A DNA stretch of 64,000 nt from Bacillota bacterium. Lineage in GTDB: Bacteria; Bacillota; Sulfobacillia; RBS10-35; JAJYVN01. A model generated the notes under the pieces. The model was not told the origin of the DNA, ran no database searches, and was given only the letters and a program-made list of their open reading frames with translations. The stretch spans positions 11,445 to 75,444 of the forward strand of contig JAJZXK010000004.1 in NCBI GenBank assembly GCA_021806565.1. Direction: 5' to 3'. Position 1 is the first letter of the stretch. Each line of letters starts with the position of its first letter. Shown in pieces: positions 9,319-17,200 of this stretch. A program made the position numbers and the translations under genes.

Positions 9319-9770
9319 GCGGTCCACCCAGTTCGGTGAATCCTCCCGCGGCCGTGGTGTCACGCGAACCTTGCGCACCCCGCCATTGCCACGCGATTGA
9401 GGCATGCCCAACCCCGGTCGGAACCGCGCATCCGGCCGACCGCTCGGCCGTCCACGCCACCCACCCGACCAGGCTTTCGCCCCTTTCTGCCTTGGATTAG
9501 CCCCCTGCGGGGCACTAGGCAACCGGGGAACTCGGACCACGCGGCCGCGGCCATGCGCGCACCGCAGACCAGATGCCCGGCCCGCATCCGCCACCAGCCG
9601 CAAGACCCCGCCACCGAAATGCCATGGGCGGACCCGCCGGGACCGCGGGGCATTCGGAACGGCGGGCTCCACGTCAGAGGTCGGTCCGGTTCGACGAAAC
9701 CCCGCCGGCATCCGACCCCGACCGGGCCATCCCCCGCCGAGCCCTCCGGCCAGCGGCCGCGGGGCAACGG

Positions 9771-9992
9771 TCATCGCGCGGACACGGACCAAGCCCATTC
9801 GAAACCCTTATACCACTCACCGTTACCGCGTTCCACCCATGCGGACCCGGTGTGGCGCAGTGGATCCCTCCAGAAGACGCTGACCGTGGCTCTGCTGGTA
9901 CTCCGCAGTCGTAACTCGGTCGGACGCGTCCGCGCGCGCGCTTGGTCCCCGGTCGGGTCGAGGCGGTACTTGTACGCCCTGCTTTCCATCAT
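9771..9992 (-). pseudogene. relic of an IS200/IS605-family TnpB gene (N-terminal signature only)
   Basis: The ORF starts MMESRAYKYRLDPTGDQ, which matches the characteristic TnpB N-terminus (x-AYKYRLYPTxEQ). The rest of the ORF and the other frames down to about 9320 show no TnpB-like sequence. Local GC is visibly lower. Confidence 0.4.
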
Positions 9993-10028
9993 GGGAAGAA
10001 GTTCACCGTTTGGGCCGCGCCTCTCCGA

Positions 10029-10271
10029 TCACCGCCGCGGCCCCGCATCCAAACCCTCAAGAAACCACCGCCACAGGTTGGTGGTACCGTACATGGGGAC
10101 GTGTTGCACCACCACACGCAATGCCTGGGCGGCCGGTCCAGCGGGTTCGGCGCGGACGACCGCCGCCAACGCGCGCCAATCCCCCACACTGCCGCGCGCC
10201 AGGACGTCCTCCACCGCCTCGACAGATTGCTCGTGGCCCTCCAGGATGTGGCGGTGCCGCATCGGGATCAC
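10029..10271 (-). CDS. small helical protein translationally coupled to the AbiEii-like gene (possible cognate partner)
   Basis: GTG 10271 overlaps the TGA (10268-10270) of the upstream gene (GTGA overlap), with GGGGAGGGGG just upstream. The translation VEDVLARGSVGDWRALAAVV...NLWRWFLE resembles, from memory, small partner proteins found next to AbiEii-type nucleotidyltransferases. Confidence 0.45.
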   Translation of the reverse strand: MIPMRHRHILEGHEQSVEAVEDVLARGSVGDWRALAAVVRAEPAGPAAQALRVVVQHVPMYGTTNLWRWFLEGLDAGPRR

Positions 10272-10957
10272 CCACCCCCTCCCCGGCCGCCGTCGCTACC
10301 GCCCAGACCAAGAAGCTGGCTGGCCATCTGCCTGGCCAGCCCCTGGGCGTATGCGTGCACGAACGACCAGGACGTCCACGGGGGCCGCAGCCCTCGGTAG
10401 CGCGCGAGATCGACGCCGCCCAAGTCGTACGGTTTCGGTTCGGCCAACTGCTTGGCCAACTGGCGCGTCACCGTTTCACCCGTCTCCTGCGGATACAGCC
10501 GGTCCATCGGGCGCACGTCCTCGACGAAGTTTGCAGCGGCCTTGTCGGCCAGTGCGCAAAAATCAAGATAGTCCCGCGTGGCGTTGCGGGTGACCACCAA
10601 CCATCCCTTGACACGTACCATCTCCGGTAGCGTGGGCACGCGGATGCCGGCGATTGTCTCCGTCTCGAGCGGCTGCGCACGCCGCAACTGACGAATACCG
10701 GTCTCGACACCATCCAATTGGCCAAGGATGAGCACAGGGGGGCGCGTGCGTGCGGTGGGCCATCCGGCGAGTGCCTCAAGCCGTTCAAGGACCAGGGGAA
10801 ACTCTGCCCGCAGGTCCGCCATGACATGGTCGCCGTCCAGGGAGATGCGGTGCCTGGCGTGGATGGCCGCGGCCGTCCCGCCCACCAGCACGCATTCTGG
10901 AAAGTGCTGTTGCAAGATGTGCTGCGCATCCAGGACGCGTTGCCAAGCGGCCGACAT
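10268..10957 (-). CDS. nucleotidyltransferase, AbiEii/AbiGii toxin-like
   Basis: ORF 10268..10984. ATG 10957 is preceded by GGAGGGAGAGG. VLVGGTAAAIHARHRISLDGDHV resembles the GGTAL..H.R.S.DiD NTase motif of AbiEii. The later TRNATRDYLDFCALAD is also family-like. Confidence 0.6.
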   Translation of the reverse strand: MSAAWQRVLDAQHILQQHFPECVLVGGTAAAIHARHRISLDGDHVMADLRAEFPLVLERLEALAGWPTARTRPPVLILGQLDGVETGIRQLRRAQPLETETIAGIRVPTLPEMVRVKGWLVVTRNATRDYLDFCALADKAAANFVEDVRPMDRLYPQETGETVTRQLAKQLAEPKPYDLGGVDLARYRGLRPPWTSWSFVHAYAQGLARQMASQLLGLGGSDGGRGGGG

Positions 10958-11266
10958 GGCCTCTCCCTCCGAGCGCAAAGCCATCGCTGTTTCTCGCGCG
11001 AAGGTCCATGTTTTTCGCCCACGGGGCCCCAGGACGTACGGCCAGCCGATCTCCCGGATGGAGTATAGTCCAATCGAAGATCACCTCACAGTCGCCGGGC
11101 CCGCGTCAAACCGCGCCCGGCCCCACACCGCCCGCTGCTTCGCCTGCCCCGCGCGGCCGCCAGCGCGGCAAGCCTCCAACTCGAGGCTGGACGGCTTACC
11201 TTACTGAAGTTGAAGCGGCGCCGGCCCGCAGGAACGGGCTCCGCCACGGCCAATGAGCACGCCGCC

Positions 11267-14113
11267 ATGCACCCCGAAGTATGGGCCCGGGCGGAATCCG
11301 GCGCGGACAGCGGGCGCCTCTGGGAACGGGAGGCCGAACGCCAGGCCATCCTTTCCCTGCTTGACTCCGCGCGGCGTGGCGCCGGTGGCGCGCTGGTCCT
11401 CGAGGGGCATGCCGGGCTGGGTAAGACGCGGCTGCTCGAGCTTGCCGCCAAGAGCGCCGCCGGATTCATCGTGCTCCGCGCCGCTGGGCGCGAGGCGACG
11501 CACGGGTCTCCATACGCCATGGTGCGAGAGGCGGTCGGCGGCCTGCTCGCCGGCTCGCGTCAATCGCTGCGGCGCTTGGCGGAGAACCAGCCGGCCCTCG
11601 CTCCGTTTGTCCAGGATCAACCGCTTACGCATGAAGCGCGTGGCCCGCTGTTTGCGGCCGAGGTGGCCGAGGCCCTGTTCTGGCTGCTGAAGGCGGCGGC
11701 GGAGCGCGACCCACTGCTGCTGCTGTTAGACGACCTGCAGTGGTGCGACCCGGACTCCCGGGAGTTCTGGCGGACGCTGGCCGCAGCCGCCTCAGGCCTT
11801 CCCATGGCGACGATCCTCGCATACCGGTCCTGGGAGCCCGGCCCGCCAAGCACAGCCGGCCGTTTCGGCAAGACCGGCGCGACCCGGATCCTGGCACTGC
11901 GTCCACTGACGGAGGCATCCATTCAAGCGATGCTGGGCGCCGCGCTCGGCACCCCGCCCGACGCGGCCTTGAGCCGGCAGGCGGCGGCACTCACCGGCGG
12001 CAATCCCCTCCTGGTTCGGGAGTTGGGACGGCTGATTCAGGCGGGCGGATCGATGGCCTCGGCGGACACCGGCCGTGACATCCTGCGCTGGCGTCTGGCT
12101 GACCTGCCCGCCGCCAGCCTGGAACTGCTTCAGGCCGGGAGCGTCCTGGGTGTGGAGTTCGAGGCGGGCCTCGCGGCCGAAGTCGCGCGGCTTCCGGAAC
12201 CGCAGGTGGCCCTGGAGCCCCTGCTGGTGCTCGGCCTGCTCTTGCCGCTCGCCGCGCCAACCCGGTTCGCCTTTCATCACCCGCTACTGCGCCAGGTGAC
12301 CTACGACGCGCTCGGGCCGCGACGGCGCGCCACCCTCCACCGCCATGCGGCCGAGTCCCTGCGCGGCCGGCGCGCCGCCGCCTCCGTCCTCGTACCCCAT
12401 CTGATGGCGATGGGCGCCACCGGCCCCGGCATCCTGGACACACTGCGGGCCGCGGCAATCGAGGCGGCCGCGGCCGGGGCCGCTGAAACGGCCGCGCAGC
12501 ATCTGCGCCAGGCGGCCGACATCGCCGCATCCGGGGCGCAGCGGGCAGAGATCCTGCTGGACCTTGGACGGGTCGAACTGCGGGCCGGTATGGACACGAG
12601 CGCCGATCGGTTCCGGCAGGCGGCGGACATCTCGGCGGGCCCAGATCCGGTACGGTTGGAGGCGCTGCGGTCTTTGGGGCTGTCACTGACCCTGAGCGGC
12701 GCAACGGTGCCGTCGGGAGAAATCCTGGGCGAGGCCGCCGGAGAAGCATGGGCCGCGGGCGCGTATGCGACGGCGGCGGAGTGCTTGGTAGCTCGCAGCA
12801 TCGTGACCATGACCACCGGAAGGATGTCCGCGGCCCTGGAATGCGCGGAGCAGGCACGACAGGCAGCGGAACGCTCCGGGCAGCCGGACGTGCAAGCCAA
12901 GGCGATGGCGGTTTGGGCCAACGCCGCTTTCCAACTGGGAGACGCCCGTGCCCTCGCCATCGCGCGGGACGCCTTGCGCCGGATGCCGCCCACCCCTCCG
13001 GACGACGTCGAACAATTCTGGGGTTGGTCAGTGTCCACCGCGTTCGGGATGATCGCCATGCGTTCCGAGCACTTCAGCGAAGCGGACGATGTCTTCACCG
13101 CCATGGCGGCCGCGGCCAGCCGCCGGCACAGTCGCGCCGGCTCTGTGTGGGCGGCCGCGTTCCGGGCGGAACTCGCCTGGCGGCGCGGGCGGGTGCGGGA
13201 AGCCCTCCGCCTGGTGGAAGACGTCGCGCGTTTGCCGATCGGCATCCCGTGGGCGACGGCCCTGGCCGTCGCCATTCGCGGCTGTATCCTCGTGGATGCC
13301 GGTCTAACCGCGGAGGCGGAGGCGGCGTTCGACCGCGCGGAGACAGAGGGCACCGGCCTGAGGCCGGCCCTGCTGTGGGCCCGCTTCGGTCGGGCGACCG
13401 TGGCGGCGCAGCGGGGGCGCCACGACGCAGCCGCCGACCTCCTGCTTGGCGCGATCGAACGCGCGGAGGCCATGGGCGTCCGGGACCCGAGCAGCCTGCC
13501 CTGGCATCTGGACGCGGCACAGGCGTGCATGCGCTACGGCCGGCCGGAGCAGGCCCGCCGCCTCATCGACCACACCATGGAGCGGGCCCGGGCCTTCGGG
13601 CGCCGAGGACTGGAGTCCGCCGCCCTCCGGCAAGCCGCATGCCTTGCCAGCCGTGACGACCACGCCGCGGCCAGACGCCTGTTTCACGAAGCCCTCCAGG
13701 CCCTGGAGCACCTGGACCTGCCCGTGGAGATGGGACGCACCCTCCTGGACTACGGCATCCTGCTGCGCCAGACGGGCCGGCTGCCGCAGGCCAGACAGGT
13801 CCTGGGCGAGGCGGTGGACATCCTGCAGTGCTGCGGAGCCGAGCGCTGGCGGAGGATCGCCGAGGTGGAGCGCCGGGGTGCGGGGGGGCGGAGCCGGCGG
13901 GCCCCGGATCCCGGCCTGCTCACCCCGCAAGAAGACCGCATCGCGCAACTGGTCGCCGAAGGCAGCACCAACCGGCAGATCGCCGCCCACCTGTGGATCA
14001 GCCCCAAGACGCTGGAGACACACCTCAGCCACATCTACGCCAAACTCGGCCTTCGCACCCGCATCGATCTGTGCGGCTGGGTCGCCGCCCGACAGGCGGG
14101 TCCAACCGGTTGA
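11267..14113 (+). CDS. large ATP-binding LuxR-family regulator (LAL/MalT type)
   Basis: ORF 11210..14113. Walker A GHAGLGKT, Walker B LLLLLDDLQWCD, a long Ala/Leu-rich helical-repeat middle, and a C-terminal LuxR HTH (LTPQEDRIAQLVAEGSTNRQIAAHLWISPKTLETHLSHIYAKLG). Start uncertain (TTG 11210 or ATG 11267; neither has an SD). Confidence 0.85.
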   Translation: MHPEVWARAESGADSGRLWEREAERQAILSLLDSARRGAGGALVLEGHAGLGKTRLLELAAKSAAGFIVLRAAGREATHGSPYAMVREAVGGLLAGSRQSLRRLAENQPALAPFVQDQPLTHEARGPLFAAEVAEALFWLLKAAAERDPLLLLLDDLQWCDPDSREFWRTLAAAASGLPMATILAYRSWEPGPPSTAGRFGKTGATRILALRPLTEASIQAMLGAALGTPPDAALSRQAAALTGGNPLLVRELGRLIQAGGSMASADTGRDILRWRLADLPAASLELLQAGSVLGVEFEAGLAAEVARLPEPQVALEPLLVLGLLLPLAAPTRFAFHHPLLRQVTYDALGPRRRATLHRHAAESLRGRRAAASVLVPHLMAMGATGPGILDTLRAAAIEAAAAGAAETAAQHLRQAADIAASGAQRAEILLDLGRVELRAGMDTSADRFRQAADISAGPDPVRLEALRSLGLSLTLSGATVPSGEILGEAAGEAWAAGAYATAAECLVARSIVTMTTGRMSAALECAEQARQAAERSGQPDVQAKAMAVWANAAFQLGDARALAIARDALRRMPPTPPDDVEQFWGWSVSTAFGMIAMRSEHFSEADDVFTAMAAAASRRHSRAGSVWAAAFRAELAWRRGRVREALRLVEDVARLPIGIPWATALAVAIRGCILVDAGLTAEAEAAFDRAETEGTGLRPALLWARFGRATVAAQRGRHDAAADLLLGAIERAEAMGVRDPSSLPWHLDAAQACMRYGRPEQARRLIDHTMERARAFGRRGLESAALRQAACLASRDDHAAARRLFHEALQALEHLDLPVEMGRTLLDYGILLRQTGRLPQARQVLGEAVDILQCCGAERWRRIAEVERRGAGGRSRRAPDPGLLTPQEDRIAQLVAEGSTNRQIAAHLWISPKTLETHLSHIYAKLGLRTRIDLCGWVAARQAGPTG

Positions 14114-14252
14114 GAGGTCCGCCCCGGACGTGCGGGCCCGCCGCCCCCGAGGGCCGCTGCACCACAACCGTTCGACACCCGATTCGACGCTGGACGACAC
14201 GCCAGGGATCAGGGGGGGGCCCGATGGATGGCCCGCCCCCGCCCCCCCGACG

Positions 14253-17200
14253 ATGCATGCGGGGGTGGAGGCCATGCGGCTTCGCGCGCTCGTGGGTATG
14301 GGTCTGAGTCTGATGCTGATGATACCCCTGGGGCTGGCCGGGCGGGCGGATGCGGCGGCCTCGTCGATCTCCAACCTGACGGTGGCGACGTCGAACCCGA
14401 TCGTCGGCGCGACGGCAACCGATACGCTGCGGTTCACCACCAGTGCGGCGGGACCGCTGTCGGGGTCGGCGGGCGGCGCCGTCGTGCTGACGTTCTCCCC
14501 AGGCGTCACGGTGGCCACGGCGACCTACACGGTCACCAGCGGAGACCTGCCGGTACCCGTTACGGGGAGTGCGGGCACCGGGGACGCATCCACCACCCTC
14601 ACCCTCCACCTGGCGGCTACGGCCTCCGTCGGAGCCTCTGCGGCGGTGGAGGTGCGGGTCCTGCATACAGTCAACCCCGAAGCGACCGGGATGGAAACCG
14701 TCGGAGTCTCGACGACCGCCGATGCCGCACCCCGGTTTGCCACGCTCGAGATCGTCGCCGCGCCTCCGGTCTGTTTCCCCCAAACATCGAGCAGCGGCAT
14801 CTATGGCGGGACCTATGACGCCGCCACGGGACAGCCGCTCTCCGGGGCGGTGGTCGCCGCCATTCAGCCGTATAATTTGTACCTGGGCGGTAGCGGTCCC
14901 GAGGTGGGTAGCGGCAGCGACGGCTGCTACGCCCTGGCTTCAGGGATGGGCAGCTTCGCGGTCAGCGCCTCCGCCCCCGGCTATGCGACGATCAACGTGC
15001 CCGCGGCGGTGCCCCAGGGCTGGGTTCCGGTGAACCTGGCCATGTCCGCCCAAGCGGGGCTGTGCGCGCCTCCCGCCCCCAGCTCCGATGTCTACGGGAT
15101 GGTCTCCGGCGCCGACGGCACGGGCATCGCTGACGCAAGCCTCGCTTTCGGCTCCGTCACGGCGACCACGTACGCGGACGGCTGTTACCGGGCCGACGTC
15201 AGCGCGCAGAACACCGGCCTGACCGGGCCCACACTCCAGGCAACCGCCAGCGCCCCCGGCTACGCGGCGTCCACGCTCTGGGTCCAGCAGGCAGGCGGTG
15301 CGCCCACGCTGCTGAACTTCGCGCTCACCGCCACCGGACCCACGCTGGACGTGGCGCCGGCCTCCTCCCAGGTCGAGCCGGGAGCGACCGCACAACTCAC
15401 CGCCACCTGGAACCCCGGGCCGGGGTCCGTCCCCCAAGTGGTGGCCGCCCAGTGGCAGAGCGCAGACAGCCGCGTTGCGACCGTCTCGTCGACCGGTGTG
15501 GTGACGGGTGTGGCCGCCGGCCAGAGCACGGTCGTTTCGGCGACCTACGCCGGGGTTTCCGCCAAGGCCGATGTCGAGGTGCTCACGCCCACACTGACCG
15601 GCATCACGGTGACCCCGGCCGACCTCACCCTGAGCGTAGGCCAGCAGCGCACCCTGGACGTCACCGGCCGCTACGCCGATGGCAGTTCCGGCTCGCTGGC
15701 CGCACAGGCCGGCTGGGCCAGTTCCAACCCACAGGTGGCCGTGGTGAGCACCTCCGGCACGGTGACGGGCGTCGAGCCCGGCAGCGCCGTGATCACCGCC
15801 ACCGTGGCCGGATTCCGGGCGCAGGCCGGCGTCACCGTCTCCGCGGGAGCGCCGGCGGCCGCCAGCGCCGTCGCCGGGGGTGGCCAGTATGCCGCCCTGG
15901 GGCAGCCCTTCCCCGCCCGGCTCGCGGTCCGGGTCGTGGACGCGGCCGGTAACCCGCTTCCCGGGGCGGTCGTGACCTTCACCGCGCCACCGCCCGGGGG
16001 CGGGCCGACCGCCATCTTCCCCGGCGGGGCCACCACCGCGTCCGTCCCCACCGACGGTTCGGGTCTGGCCACCGCACCGGCGATGGATGCCGCCGGCGAC
16101 TACGGCGGCTTCACGGTGACGGCGGACGCCGGCGGGCTGTCCACCCCGGTCGGCTTCGCGCTCACGGACGCCAGCAGCGTGTTGACCGGCTGCGGTCCGC
16201 AAGAACTGGCCCTGGCGGTCGCCGCCGGCGGTTTGGTGGAGTTGACCTGCCCAGCCGTGATCCAGGTCCCCGAGCCCATGACCATCCAGGCCGGCCAGAC
16301 CGTCATCCTGGACGGCCGCTTCGCCCCTCCCGGCGCTGGGGAACTCATGCTCGCAATGCCCCCGGCGGTCCCTCCCGCCGTGTGCGGCCACACGGTCGTC
16401 ACCCCCACACACACCGAACAGGGCGGCATGTTCTATGTCTGTTCCGGCGGCAACCTGACGCTCACGCACCTCACCCTCTCAGGGGGCTTTCAGCATGTGG
16501 CGGGTGCGGACGGCAGCCCTGGCGTGGACGGCCAGTGGGGAGCGAATGGAGCCTCGGCCTCCTCGTTCGGGCAAACCGGGAAGCCGGGCCAACCCGGTAC
16601 GGCCGGTGGCAGTGGACAGGAGGGCACCTCCATCCAGGGTGGGCTTCTCTATGTGGCTCAGGGCGCCACGGCAGCCATCCATGAGAGCACCCTGACGGCG
16701 GTGGTCGCTCAGGGCGGCGGTGGCGGCACGGGGGGCAGCGGGGGTCCAGGTGGGTCCGGCGGCGGCGGCGGGTCCTGGTGCGACTACGAAACCGTCGATT
16801 TCGGCGGCGCGACCGTGGAAGAGTATCCGGTAAATTGCGTCGACAACGGCAGCGCTGGCGGAGGGGGAGGTGGCGCGGCCACGGGAGGCGGGGCCGGCAG
16901 CGCGGGCCCCGGCGCCGCCGCCCAAGGCGGTGCCGTCTACAACGCGGGCACGCTCACGGTCGTGGACGGCAGCTTCACGACGGACGAGGCACTCGGGGGT
17001 CCAGGCGGTACCGGCGGCGGCGGCGCGTGGGGAGGAGCCGGGGGATCGGGGGGCAACGGCGCCTTCGGCCTCCCCCAGCACGACACCACCTGCGACGCCG
17101 GCAGCGGTGGATCGGGCGGCGGTGCTCAGGCCGGCAGCGACGGCCACGCCGGCGGCGCGGGGGGCGCGGGCGGCGGCGGGATGGGCGGGGCGCTGTATAA

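Noticed and set aside
9397-10593. A 398-aa plus-strand ORF spanning the accessory islet.
   Set aside because: The translation is Arg/Pro/Ala/Ser-rich with no motif and no SD. It is antisense to the better-supported AbiEii-like gene and small ORF. It is a high-GC open-frame artefact.
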